NCBI GenBank assembly: GCA_039028615.1
Contig: JBCCHT010000005.1
Location: forward strand, 1-64,000
DNA: 64,000 nt
Direction: 5' to 3'
Origin: Myxococcota bacterium
GTDB taxonomy: Bacteria > Myxococcota_A > Polyangia > Nannocystales > Nannocystaceae
The position numbers and the translations under genes were made by a program. Positions 37,659-47,513 of the stretch are shown here, in pieces. Positions within the stretch are counted from its first letter, which is position 1. Each line of letters begins with the position of its first letter. Below the pieces are notes generated by a model, which was given only the letters and a program-made list of their open reading frames with translations, made no database searches and was not told the origin of the DNA.

Positions 37659-38924
37659 ATGCCCCCCGACGACGACGAACCCCCATCGAGTCCCCTGCAT
37701 CGCGCCCTGCACGAAGCGGTCGCCGCGGCATTCGAGCCCGAGCAGTTCCCCTTCGTGCGGCGCTTGGTCGACCAGCCCAGCCACACCGCGGCGCGTGACG
37801 ACGTCGAGGCGGCGTCCCGGATCCTCGACGAGCAGGTCGCCGCGCTCGGCATGGCGACCGACATCACGCCCGATCCCGACGAGCGCTTCGCCGATCATCG
37901 GGTCTACCGCACCCCGGCCACCGCCCCCGACGATCGGAGCCTGGCCGTGGTGGGGCACATGGACACCGTGTTCCCGCGGAGCATGGGCTTTTTGCGGCTG
38001 AGCCGCGACGACGGGCCCGACGGACCCGAGACCGGCGACATCATTCGCGGCCCCGGCTCGCTCGACATGAAGTCGGGGCTGTCGGTCGTCGTGTTCGCCA
38101 TCGCGGCGCTGCGAAGGGTCGACCCCGCGCTCTACGAGAAGCTCCGGCTGCGCTTCATCTGCGTCAGCGACGAAGAGGTGGGCTCGCCCAGCAGCAAGCC
38201 GCTGTTCGCCGAGCTGGCGCCGCGCCTGACGGGAGCATTGGTGTTCGAGGCCGGGCGCCACGAGGACAAGATCGTCACCTGCCGCAAGGGCAGCGCGCGC
38301 TTCGAGTTCGAGGTCGAGGGCCGCTCCGCCCACGCCGGCAACGAGCACCACAAGGGCATCAACGCCATCGCCGTGCTCTCGCGGCTGGTGCTGAAGGCGG
38401 AGGCGATCACCGACTACGAGCGGGGCGTCACCGTCAACGTCGGCATCATCGAAGGCGGCACGGCCAAGAACACGGTGCCGGACCGGGCGCGCTGCGTCAT
38501 CGACTCGCGCTTCCTCACCGTCAAGGACGCCCACGAGGTGGTGGCTCGCATGGAGGCGCTGGCCGCCGATCCCTTCGGCGACGAGCCCGATGTGCCCGAG
38601 CGCCTGCGCGACGCGGTGGTCACCCTCAAGGGGGGCATCGCGCGTCCGCCCATGGAGCCGAGCGAAGGCAACCAGGCGCTGCGCGTGCGCTACGAGGCCC
38701 ACGCCGCGGCGGCGGGCCTGCGCATCGGTGAGGCGCCGCTGCAAGGCGGGGGCTCCGACGCCAACCTGCTCGCGGCTCACGGCGTGCCCTCCATCGACGG
38801 GCTCGGCCCGGCGGGCAAGTTCTTCCACAACCCGCGGGAGTGGAGCAGCCTCGACAGCCTGCGACGACGTACCCAGGCCCTGGCGTGTCTGCTCGCCGAA
38901 GAGGCCCAGGGAGGCCCCCGGTGA
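37659..38924 (+). CDS. M20 family metallopeptidase (glutamate carboxypeptidase/ArgE-like)
   Basis: GHMDTV, GPGSLDMKSG, DEEVGS, GRSAHAG and GGGSDAN. Confidence 0.85.
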   Translation: MPPDDDEPPSSPLHRALHEAVAAAFEPEQFPFVRRLVDQPSHTAARDDVEAASRILDEQVAALGMATDITPDPDERFADHRVYRTPATAPDDRSLAVVGHMDTVFPRSMGFLRLSRDDGPDGPETGDIIRGPGSLDMKSGLSVVVFAIAALRRVDPALYEKLRLRFICVSDEEVGSPSSKPLFAELAPRLTGALVFEAGRHEDKIVTCRKGSARFEFEVEGRSAHAGNEHHKGINAIAVLSRLVLKAEAITDYERGVTVNVGIIEGGTAKNTVPDRARCVIDSRFLTVKDAHEVVARMEALAADPFGDEPDVPERLRDAVVTLKGGIARPPMEPSEGNQALRVRYEAHAAAAGLRIGEAPLQGGGSDANLLAAHGVPSIDGLGPAGKFFHNPREWSSLDSLRRRTQALACLLAEEAQGGPR

Positions 38925-40195
38925 GCGACGCGGATGTCCTGGGGATCTTGGTCATGGTGCTGTGCCTGTTCGGCAGCATGTTCTTCTCCGGCAGCGAGAC
39001 GGCGCTGACCAGCCTGGGTCCTCACCAGGCGCGCAAGATCCTCGAAGACGGCGGGCGCGAGGCGCGGGTCGTCGCGACCTGGGTCGAGGACCCCGTGCGC
39101 GTGCTGTCCACGATCCTCGTGGGCAACAACGTCACCAACACCCTCATGGGGTCGATGGCCACCGCGCTGGCGATTCGACACCTCAGCGGCGGGGACTGGG
39201 GCGAGTACGCGGTGCCCGTGGCGGTGTTCTTCACCACGACCGTGCTGCTCATCTTCGGCGAGATCCTGCCCAAGGCGGCGGGGCGCCTGTACGCCCACCG
39301 GGCGGCCATCCCCGTGCTGATGGTGCTCAACGTGCTCAACCGAATCCTCGGTCCGATCACGTGGTTGCTGTCGCGGCTCACCGACTTCATGCTGCGCCGC
39401 AACGAGGGCGAGGAGGGGGCCCAGAAGGTCACCGCCGACGAACTCGACTACCTGGTCAAGGTCGGCCAGCGCGAGGGCTCCATCCCCGCCGATCAGGCGG
39501 CGCTCTTGCGGGGTATCTTCCGCTTCGAGGACAAGATCGTCCGCGACATCATGGTCCCCGAGGGGCGCATGACCGCCATCGACCTCAACTGGGACATCGA
39601 GCGGGTCATCGAGCGGGCGCATGCCTCGGGGCATAGCCGCATGCCGGTCTATACGGGCGCGCTCGACCAGATCAAGGGCGTGCTGCACATCAAGCAGCTG
39701 GTCGGGCTCCGACACCCCGGTCGCGAGGACATCGAGCGAGTCATGCGACCGCCGATGTTCGTCAGCGAGAGCCTGCTGATCCAAGACCTGCTGCAGCGCT
39801 TCCGCGAGCAACGAGTGCACCTGGCGGTGGTGGTCGACGACGGCGGGCACACGGTGGGCGTGGTGACGCTCGAAGACGTGCTCGAGCAGATCGTCGGCCA
39901 GATCTTCGACGAGAGTGACCACGCCCCGACCGGTGCCCTCGAGCACGCGGGCGTCACCTTCCTCGACGGGCAGTCTCCGCTGACCCGCATCGAGGAGAAG
40001 TTCGAGGTCGACTTCGAGGAGCTGGAAGGCGTCGACAGCGTCGGCGACCTGCTCACCCAGCTCGCGGGGCAGATTCCCACCACCGGCTCGGTCTTCGTCT
40101 ACGAAGGCATGCGCTTCAAGGTGCTCGCGGCCAACGATCGTCGCGTGATTCGGGTCAGCGCCGAGCAGGTCGAGCTCGACGACGACGACGAGTGA
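38921..40195 (+). CDS. CNNM/DUF21-CBS-CorC domain protein (TlyC/hemolysin family)
   Basis: FFSGSETAL, TILVGNN, FGEILPK, GHSRMPVY and GVVTLEDVLEQIVG. Confidence 0.92.
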   Translation: MSDADVLGILVMVLCLFGSMFFSGSETALTSLGPHQARKILEDGGREARVVATWVEDPVRVLSTILVGNNVTNTLMGSMATALAIRHLSGGDWGEYAVPVAVFFTTTVLLIFGEILPKAAGRLYAHRAAIPVLMVLNVLNRILGPITWLLSRLTDFMLRRNEGEEGAQKVTADELDYLVKVGQREGSIPADQAALLRGIFRFEDKIVRDIMVPEGRMTAIDLNWDIERVIERAHASGHSRMPVYTGALDQIKGVLHIKQLVGLRHPGREDIERVMRPPMFVSESLLIQDLLQRFREQRVHLAVVVDDGGHTVGVVTLEDVLEQIVGQIFDESDHAPTGALEHAGVTFLDGQSPLTRIEEKFEVDFEELEGVDSVGDLLTQLAGQIPTTGSVFVYEGMRFKVLAANDRRVIRVSAEQVELDDDDE

Positions 40196-40219
40196 GCGCG
40201 GCCGACCCGACGCCGAACC

Positions 40220-41065
40220 TCATGCGCCGTAGAGGGTCTCGATCGCGAGCTTGTCGGCGGCGGTCCACTCCGACTGAACCTTGAACAGCTCGTAGTTCGG
40301 ATCCGAGTTCATCACCGACTTGTAGGGCTCGTCCTCGGGCGTGCCCGGGATGAGCTGGGCACCGTCTCGGTCTTCGCCGTTTTCGTCCCAGTCGGAGTGA
40401 CGCAGGCCCATGGCGTGGCCGAGCTCGTGCATCACGGTGGCGATGGAGTCTTCCTTGCCCCAGTTGCGACCGAACTGCTTGCACGGGTCGTCGTAGAGCC
40501 GCTGGTACTTCTTCGAGATGAGGATCTGCGGCCCCGGCTTGCCGCCTTCGGGGAAGTCGGCCAACCCGTCGGTGTTCTCCTCGGCGCTGATCAGCATCTT
40601 GATGGTGGCCTTGCAGTCGACGCTGGTGTCGGTGGTGAACGTGTACTTGATGCTCAGGGCATTCCAGCGCCGCAGCGCTTCCTCGAGAGCCAAGCCGATG
40701 TTCGGGTTCTTGTCCCAGCGGAGCTCCTCCTTGTTCGCGGCCGAGACGGCCTTCTCGACGCAGATGTAGCCGCCCTCCAGCGTCACGATGTTGGCGTCGC
40801 GCCACTGTCGAAATCCGTTGCCACGCATCTCGGCGGCGGTGGCGGTGTCGATGCCGATATCCCCTTGCACGACCAGACCCGCGTAGCCGTCGCGAGTACC
40901 GATGTGTTCGTCTTCGTAGCCCGCGTCGCGGAGTACCTCGAGGATCTCGAGCTGTTCGGTGTCATATCCCTGCGGCTGGCTTGCTCGGTCACACCCACCA
41001 TTGCCCAGCGCGACGGCCCCCAAGAGCACACAGATTGTCCAATCCCTAGCGGCGATTTTGTTCAT
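40220..41065 (-). CDS. Zinc metalloprotease lipoprotein (M57-like)
   Basis: QGDI motif; HELGHAMGLRHSD; SVM Met-turn; N-terminal signal with Cys. Confidence 0.8.
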   Translation of the reverse strand: MNKIAARDWTICVLLGAVALGNGGCDRASQPQGYDTEQLEILEVLRDAGYEDEHIGTRDGYAGLVVQGDIGIDTATAAEMRGNGFRQWRDANIVTLEGGYICVEKAVSAANKEELRWDKNPNIGLALEEALRRWNALSIKYTFTTDTSVDCKATIKMLISAEENTDGLADFPEGGKPGPQILISKKYQRLYDDPCKQFGRNWGKEDSIATVMHELGHAMGLRHSDWDENGEDRDGAQLIPGTPEDEPYKSVMNSDPNYELFKVQSEWTAADKLAIETLYGA

Positions 41066-41382
41066 CCCATCCCCCTTCCAAAAACATCACGGAGCCTCCG
41101 CCCGCCGATGACGCGAGAGCATTCCTCGCGCCCACCGGATGGGTGAGCCATCGCCACCTCGGGATCCCGACCCGGTCTCGAAATGGACTCCGTAGTCTAT
41201 GTGCCCTGGCGCGGCTAAAATTTTTCAACCGATGGCGTTCTCGCCTCCGAGCGGTTTTCACGCGGGCTCAGGGGAGCGAGCACCCGCGCTCGAGACGGCT
41301 CCGACGCGTCCGCGGACGGTGTTTGGCCCCGGTCGATGACTCCAGGCCCAACACCGCGAGGGCTTCGGCGAGCGGGAGCGCG

Positions 41383-43410
41383 CTACGCTTGGTCGCCGAA
41401 CACTTCGAGGTAGCGGGCGAAGGCCCACGCCGGGAAGATGTGGCGATAGAGCCGATAGTCGAGCACGGCGGTGTTGAAGAACACGCCCGACGGTCGCTCC
41501 TGTGGCCAGCCGCCGTGGGGCAGCTGGCGCTCGCGAAGGAACGCCATGCCGCGCTCGATGGCCTCGCGCTCGTGCGGGGCGACCCGCAGCAGGGTGAGCA
41601 ACGCCCACGCGGTCTGCGTGACCAAGCTGGGCTCTTCGGGAGGCAGGGGCACGGAGGTCTCGCGCAGCAAGCCCTCGAAGCTCTCGCCCCAGCCACCATC
41701 GGGACGCTGCGCCCCGACCAGCCACCGAGCACCCCGCACCTGAGCGGGATGCATCGTCGACAAGCCGGCCGCATGCAGCCCGCCGCTGGCGAAGAAGGTG
41801 CCGTAGCTGAGGTTGATGCCCCAAAAACCGAGCCAGCCGCCTTCTTTGGCCTGGGCACCCAGCAGCGCCTGCGTGCCGCGCTCGATGGCGGAGTGCATGC
41901 GCGCCCGCAGGTCTTGATCGATCGCGTCTCCGAGCTGGCGCTCGGCGAAGGCCAACCCCCGGATGCACGACCCGGTGCACTCGCTATAGGAGTACTCGAG
42001 CATGCAGTTGCCGTAGATCTCGGCCGGGTTGAAGCGGCGCAAGGCCATCGGCCCGCGGCGAGCTTCGTAGGAACCGAAGCCGCCGTCCTCGTTCTGTCGC
42101 TGCAGGATGAACTCGATGGCCGCGAGCTTGCTGCCCAGCGACAGGGTGCCGCCCAAGTCGGAGAAGCCCCGTCGCTCGGCGTGCATGAGCGCTTCGAGGG
42201 CCTCGGCCGTGCAGTCGCTGACCGGCCAGGGGTGGTCTTCGTTGGCGAAGCCCCAGCCGCCGTAGACCGACTCTCGGAAGTGACGCTTGCGGCCGACGAG
42301 GTCCTCGAGGATCTGGGCGCGCGGCAGCCATCGACAGGCCTTGCGCACGATCTCGGTGGCTCGCGGCGTGGCTGGGCCCTCGCACAGCGCCTGCACCATG
42401 AACGCGGTGTCCCAGATGTCGCTGCGCGCCCCGGCGATGCGGAAGCCCTCTTCGTCGTCCGACCACACCCAGTACTCGAGGCCTTCGATGGCGCGGTCGA
42501 GCTCGGGGTGTCGCGGGTCGCTGGCGTGCAGGGCCAGGCAGTAGAGCATGCCGTTGACCGGGCTCAGGCACACGTACCCGGTGCTGCGGAACTCGTAGAG
42601 GATGTGCTCGAGCGAGACCTCGAGAGCCTTTTCGCGGAGCCGCGAGGGCACGAGGCGCTCGGCGATCCGCATGGCCGAGAAGGCGCCGCGAAGGCCCCGC
42701 GACAGCGGTTCGAACAGATCGGTGGAGGCGACGCGGTCGCGGTAGCGATCGAAGGCGCGCGGCTCGTAGCCCTCGGGATACAGCTCGTGACGAATCGCGT
42801 CGAGCTGGGCGTCGGGCGTGCACACGAAGCGCTTGCCGTACAGGAACGACAGCCCCAGGTAGATGAGCCGCATGTGGCAATAGAGCCGCGACGGGTGCAG
42901 CGGGGCCTTCTCGGGCAGCAGCCACAGCTCGGGCACGATGGGCTGCATGCCCGACCAGGGGTACAGGCCCAGCATCGCCAGCCAGGCGCGACCCCACGTG
43001 GGAATCTCGTAGACGCCCCCGCGCTGCCGGATGAGCCGCAGCGCGCCCGAGACCAGCGGATCGCTGGCGTCGTGCCCCAAAAGCCGCAGGGCCACGTAGC
43101 CCAGCACGGTGTGGAACAGGTACGAGGGCGTGTTGGGGTGCATGCCCCAGCCGCCGTCCTCGTTGCGCAGCACCTCGAGCTGGCGGTGGACCCGACGGGC
43201 GCGTTGGGCCTCGATCGGTCGCCCGAGCATGTGGCAGAGCATCACGTACTGGCACGGCAGCATCGGGTTCCACACCACTTCGCCCGCGACGCGCCCGTCG
43301 GCGTGCTGGCGGGTGCTCAGGTAGTGCAGGGCGCGATCGTAGGCGTCGTGGGTCTGCGCGACCGGGGCGGCGGAGTCGTTCAGGGGGCGGGTTTGAGAAC
43401 CAGGAACCAT
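41383..43410 (-). CDS. osc: 2,3-oxidosqualene cyclase (sterol/triterpene synthase)
   Basis: SDCTAE catalytic motif (not the DxDD of SHC); QW repeats (QNEDGGF, QRPDGGWGE, QLPHGGW); YCHMR. Confidence 0.9.
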   Translation of the reverse strand: MVPGSQTRPLNDSAAPVAQTHDAYDRALHYLSTRQHADGRVAGEVVWNPMLPCQYVMLCHMLGRPIEAQRARRVHRQLEVLRNEDGGWGMHPNTPSYLFHTVLGYVALRLLGHDASDPLVSGALRLIRQRGGVYEIPTWGRAWLAMLGLYPWSGMQPIVPELWLLPEKAPLHPSRLYCHMRLIYLGLSFLYGKRFVCTPDAQLDAIRHELYPEGYEPRAFDRYRDRVASTDLFEPLSRGLRGAFSAMRIAERLVPSRLREKALEVSLEHILYEFRSTGYVCLSPVNGMLYCLALHASDPRHPELDRAIEGLEYWVWSDDEEGFRIAGARSDIWDTAFMVQALCEGPATPRATEIVRKACRWLPRAQILEDLVGRKRHFRESVYGGWGFANEDHPWPVSDCTAEALEALMHAERRGFSDLGGTLSLGSKLAAIEFILQRQNEDGGFGSYEARRGPMALRRFNPAEIYGNCMLEYSYSECTGSCIRGLAFAERQLGDAIDQDLRARMHSAIERGTQALLGAQAKEGGWLGFWGINLSYGTFFASGGLHAAGLSTMHPAQVRGARWLVGAQRPDGGWGESFEGLLRETSVPLPPEEPSLVTQTAWALLTLLRVAPHEREAIERGMAFLRERQLPHGGWPQERPSGVFFNTAVLDYRLYRHIFPAWAFARYLEVFGDQA

Positions 43411-44081
43411 TGGTGCGGTAGGAAGGTTTCCTCGCGCTCGACCTCGAAGCCGGCCTGCTGAAGCTCGGTCACCGCGGTGTCCCTCGAGACCCGGTGTTGC
43501 GGGTCGGGGGCGGTGCCCTCGGGGGCCTCGGCTTGGGGTCGAAACTCGATGATCGCGAGGCGTCCGTCGGCCTTGAGGGCCGCACGGATCTTGCCGAAGT
43601 AACCCACGCGGTTGCGGATATACGCGTAGGTGTTGGCGGTGAAGACGACGTCGAGCTCGCCCTGCGGGAGCATGGGGTCGTCGTAGATCGCCAGGTGAGG
43701 CTCGATGTTGGGGGTGCCCCAGGCCTCTCGGTGCTCGAGCAGGTAGTCCTCGAACTCACCGTCGACGTCGACGGCATAGACGCGACCCTCGGGGACCTCG
43801 GCCGCCAGGCGTCGGGTGAAGTAGCCCGAGCCCGCGCCGATGTCGGCGATCACCGCGTTCTTGGAGATGAGGTTCAGCACTCGCACCACCTGCTCGGGCT
43901 GCTGCCAGCCGTCGCGCTCTTCGTCCTCGAAGATCGCGATCATGGCTTTGGGGTCGTCGTAGTGCTGAGGCGGGCCGCTGCCGGGGCCGCCACGGTTGCA
44001 CGCCCCGGCCAGGAGGGTGGCTGCCAACCAGACTCCTACCCGGGGGTCACGGCCGGTTCGCGGGCGGAGCGAGATCGGCAT
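43380..44081 (-). CDS. Class I SAM-dependent methyltransferase lipoprotein
   Basis: LAGAC lipobox; RDGWQQP and ADIGAGSGYFT; overlaps the start of osc. Confidence 0.85.
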   Translation of the reverse strand: MPISLRPRTGRDPRVGVWLAATLLAGACNRGGPGSGPPQHYDDPKAMIAIFEDEERDGWQQPEQVVRVLNLISKNAVIADIGAGSGYFTRRLAAEVPEGRVYAVDVDGEFEDYLLEHREAWGTPNIEPHLAIYDDPMLPQGELDVVFTANTYAYIRNRVGYFGKIRAALKADGRLAIIEFRPQAEAPEGTAPDPQHRVSRDTAVTELQQAGFEVEREETFLPHQWFLVLKPAP

Positions 44082-44143
44082 GGATCCAGGGTAGACGGGG
44101 CCGACACGGCTGGAAAGGGTGTAGAGCACACCGCGAACCGGCC

Positions 44144-44965
44144 GTGCGGGGCGGCTCACACGCCGTGTTCGTCATGGGATCGACGTTTCGGTCACAAGGA
44201 GTACACTCGGGCGCCGTGCCCAGCGCTGACCACGACCCCCCTCGGGCTTCGTCACGCTTGCGTCCGATCCCGCTCGAGGATCGCGACCCGAGTGCCTGGC
44301 TCGTTCGCTGTGGTCGAACGCTCGCCGCAATGATTTTTCACCCCTCGCGGAGCTTCCGGGTCTGCCCCGAACCCATCGATCACGGCCGCGTGATCCGGTT
44401 CCTGGCCACCGTCCGGCTGTTGCCGTGGGTCGCGCTGGTGGGGGTGCTGGGCTACACCCAGCTCACCGCCGTCGAGGGCATGGGGGTGCCCATGCGGGCC
44501 ATCTACGTGTTCATCGAGCCCTCGCTCGCGCAGGTGCTGTCGATGTGGATCGTGATGATGATCCCGGTGGGCCTGCCGCTGCTGTACTTCGTGTCCGGGC
44601 TGACCGGGCACATCGGGGTGGCGCTCACCGGTGGAGCGTCGCGATCGATCGGCGCCAGCATGCGCGCGTGTGGCTATGTCTCGGGGCTGGTGCTGCTGGT
44701 GATCGGCGTGGTCGACATCCCGCTGTACCTCGGGTGGGTGCCGGGGCCCGTGTACATCGGGGTCTTGGGGGTGCAGCTGGCCGGCTACTGGGGCCTGGCC
44801 GGGCTCGCGCTCGCACGCAGCCACCAGGTCTCGGTGGCGCGCGGCATCATTGCCGCGCTGCTGCCCACGCTGATGCTGGGGGGCGTGACCGTGGCGCGGG
44901 CGAGCCTCGAGCTGGCGGAGCTGCCCGGCATCGAGGTGCCCACCAGCCCCTACGCGCTCCCGTAG
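44144..44965 (+). CDS. Integral membrane protein (Yip1-like topology); start uncertain
   Basis: About 5 hydrophobic segments preceded by MIFHPSRSF. Confidence 0.65.
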   Translation: MRGGSHAVFVMGSTFRSQGVHSGAVPSADHDPPRASSRLRPIPLEDRDPSAWLVRCGRTLAAMIFHPSRSFRVCPEPIDHGRVIRFLATVRLLPWVALVGVLGYTQLTAVEGMGVPMRAIYVFIEPSLAQVLSMWIVMMIPVGLPLLYFVSGLTGHIGVALTGGASRSIGASMRACGYVSGLVLLVIGVVDIPLYLGWVPGPVYIGVLGVQLAGYWGLAGLALARSHQVSVARGIIAALLPTLMLGGVTVARASLELAELPGIEVPTSPYALP

Positions 44966-45034
44966 CCCGAAACGCAAGACCTCCCGGGTCCACGGAGGAC
45001 ACGGGAGGCCGTGGAGTCGGGACGTGGGCTCGGG

Positions 45035-45838
45035 CTAGCCGTCGGCCGCTTCGCACACGGCGGGCACGGTGGGCAGGTGCGCTTCGCTGTGGGCGAGCCA
45101 GTCTTCTTCGGCGATCGCCACGGTGCCGCTCTTGCCCGCGTTCTCGCCGATGATGAACGTGTTCTCCAGGGGGATGCCGGCTTCGGCGTAGGCCCCGATG
45201 TCCGAGGTGGCGTTGCCGTACGCGTAGTCGAAGCGCAGGCCCATCGCCTGGCGGTCCATCAGCGCTTGCGCCTTGTACTCCTGGGCGTCGTCGCCGACCA
45301 CGAACATGGGGGCGAGCACGAGCTCGGTGGTCTCGGGATCGACGGGGTAGCCGTGCTCCTCGAGCCAACGCTGCGTGGCCTCGCGACCGGTCTCGTTGGT
45401 GACCTTGATCATGATCTCCTCGTTGCGCGCGGTGAGGTAGAGGATGCGGTAGCCGAGGTCGGCGTAGGCGGTGATCATGGCCGCGCCGCCCTCACGCTCG
45501 GCGGGGTCGTAGTTGCCGTCGCCGATCTGCATGAAGAACTCGTCGTCCGAGGTCGTGAGGGTCTCGTCGATGTCGGTGACGATGGCCGGTCGCTCGTCCT
45601 CGCACACGCCCGCGCCCGTGCTCGAGTCGGCGCCCGTGGTCGGGTCGGCGCTGGTGCTGGAGTCGGCGCCCGCGGTGCCGTCGTCGGTGGCGGGCATCGT
45701 GCCGGTCGGGTCCGATCCGGTGCTGGCGGCCCCCGTGGTGTCTTCGGTGCTCGAGTCGTCACCACAGGCGAGGGCGAAGGTCAGAGCGAAGAGCGGGAGG
45801 GCTTGGCGAGCGGTCGTACGCAGGGAGAGGCCAGTCAT
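45035..45838 (-). CDS. HAD-superfamily (LNS2/lipin-like) lipoprotein with Thr/Ser-rich linker
   Basis: ALAC lipobox; IVTDIDETLT (DxDxT), YLTAR and AYGNATSDI. Confidence 0.8.
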   Translation of the reverse strand: MTGLSLRTTARQALPLFALTFALACGDDSSTEDTTGAASTGSDPTGTMPATDDGTAGADSSTSADPTTGADSSTGAGVCEDERPAIVTDIDETLTTSDDEFFMQIGDGNYDPAEREGGAAMITAYADLGYRILYLTARNEEIMIKVTNETGREATQRWLEEHGYPVDPETTELVLAPMFVVGDDAQEYKAQALMDRQAMGLRFDYAYGNATSDIGAYAEAGIPLENTFIIGENAGKSGTVAIAEEDWLAHSEAHLPTVPAVCEAADG

Positions 45839-46304
45839 CAGGCGGCCATGATGGCAAAAAATCGCGGCGCGTGGGCGTTCGGCCAGGCGAGGCCGCCGAA
45901 CGCGGGATGGCCGCGTCGTGCCTCACCGGGCCGTGCCTCGGATCACCGCAATCATCGTGGTGCCCGAGGGTACGCCCGCGGCCCGGCTGCGGCGGGAGTG
46001 GGGTGCAGGAGAGCGTGTCTCGTGGAGTTTCCTGCGTCGTTGCCTACGTGAAGGGCTGGTCGTCGGCTCGGGTCCAGTGTCGACAAACCGACCATAGGCC
46101 ACAGGGCTCTCGCCGCGTTTGTTTCTCGCCGCTGCATAGCCGAGGCCGCGCGAGGTTACGTACGCGTCCGTGCAGCTCGTGCATCGCCGCGGCGCTACGC
46201 CGCCGCTTCGCGATGTTCGCCTGCCGATCTCAGCCGCGTCGTGTCGGTTGTCGTCGGGTGAGGCTGGGCGTCATGGCCTGCCTCGTCGAAGAAAGTCGTG
46301 TGCC

Positions 46305-47462
46305 ATGAATGTGAAGAACCGAAGTGGTGAATTCGTGAACTGTCGTGCAATGGCGTCGGTCGTCGCAGGGGCTGCGTTGTCGCTCCTGGTAGGCGCTTGC
46401 GGTGGCGAGCGAGGGGCGAGGAAGTCGGGCGGGGACGAGCGCTACAGCGTGCTCGCGACGCTCCAGCACTCGATCCTCTGGGAGCTCGATCGAGCGGTCG
46501 ACACCCAGGGAAGCCAGGTCGCCTATCCGGTGTGTGTGACCACCGATTTCCCCACGAGCCAGAGCGCTCGAAACAACTACCTGCAGCTCGAGCAAGCGAC
46601 CATGAATCGATGGAACGATGCGCTGGCCGGGGCTCCGGGGTGGCGGGTCAGCGGCATCCAGCTCTATTGGGTCGGGGGGCAGAACCCCGGGTCTTGCCCG
46701 AACCAACACAACGGCCTGCGCGTCTACAAGACCGACGTCCAGGGCGGCAACTCGCGGGCCTATGCCGCGTACCACAGCTTCACCAAGGTGATCGGGCGGA
46801 CGGCGTTCGAGGGGCTCGATCAGATCCTGGACCTGCACGAGTACGGGCACCAGCTGGGGCTCGGCGACACCTATACCGAAGCCGGCTACCAGGTCCCCAT
46901 CGGTCAGCCGCAGGGGATCATGAACATCGCGTGGGAGGTCTCGGACCTCACCGCGGACGACGTGGCCGCGGTGCGGCACGTGTGGTCGATGATCCGTACG
47001 GGGTCGGACGATCCGTGCTCGGATGACTATCAGCCCGGTCAGGTGCAGGAGAACAACCTCGGGAGTCGGTTCTGCGTGCCGCTCAACGGGGATCCCGGAG
47101 GCGATGATCCGGCCGAGTGCGCCGACACCCACCCGCACTGCGGCTATTGGGCCTCGGTGGGCTACTGCTCGAACGATCCCTTCGTGATCTCCGAGTGTTG
47201 TGCCAGCTGCGAGGACGCTCAAGACCAGTCGCAGTGTGTCGACGAAAACCCGAACTGTGGGTACTGGGCCAGCGTGGGCAACTGCAACAATCAGTATGCG
47301 CAGTACATGTCCAATAATTGCTGCGCGAGCTGTGACGGCGGCTCGCCGTCGTGCGTAGACACGATGGGCGAGTGCGGGTACTGGGCGAGCTGGGGGTACT
47401 GCGCCGACCCCACCTATGCGCAGTACATGGCCGACAACTGCTGTGCCAGCTGCGGCGGCTGA
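46305..47462 (+). CDS. Zinc metalloprotease lipoprotein with three C-terminal ShKT-like Cys-rich repeats
   Basis: LVGAC lipobox; HEYGHQLGLGD and GIMN Met-turn; three CxDx4CGYWASxGxC...CCASC units. Confidence 0.8.
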   Translation: MNVKNRSGEFVNCRAMASVVAGAALSLLVGACGGERGARKSGGDERYSVLATLQHSILWELDRAVDTQGSQVAYPVCVTTDFPTSQSARNNYLQLEQATMNRWNDALAGAPGWRVSGIQLYWVGGQNPGSCPNQHNGLRVYKTDVQGGNSRAYAAYHSFTKVIGRTAFEGLDQILDLHEYGHQLGLGDTYTEAGYQVPIGQPQGIMNIAWEVSDLTADDVAAVRHVWSMIRTGSDDPCSDDYQPGQVQENNLGSRFCVPLNGDPGGDDPAECADTHPHCGYWASVGYCSNDPFVISECCASCEDAQDQSQCVDENPNCGYWASVGNCNNQYAQYMSNNCCASCDGGSPSCVDTMGECGYWASWGYCADPTYAQYMADNCCASCGG

Positions 47463-47513
47463 GCGACGCTCTGGTGCCTGGCTGGCGGTGCACGCCAGCC
47501 AGGCCATTCGGGG

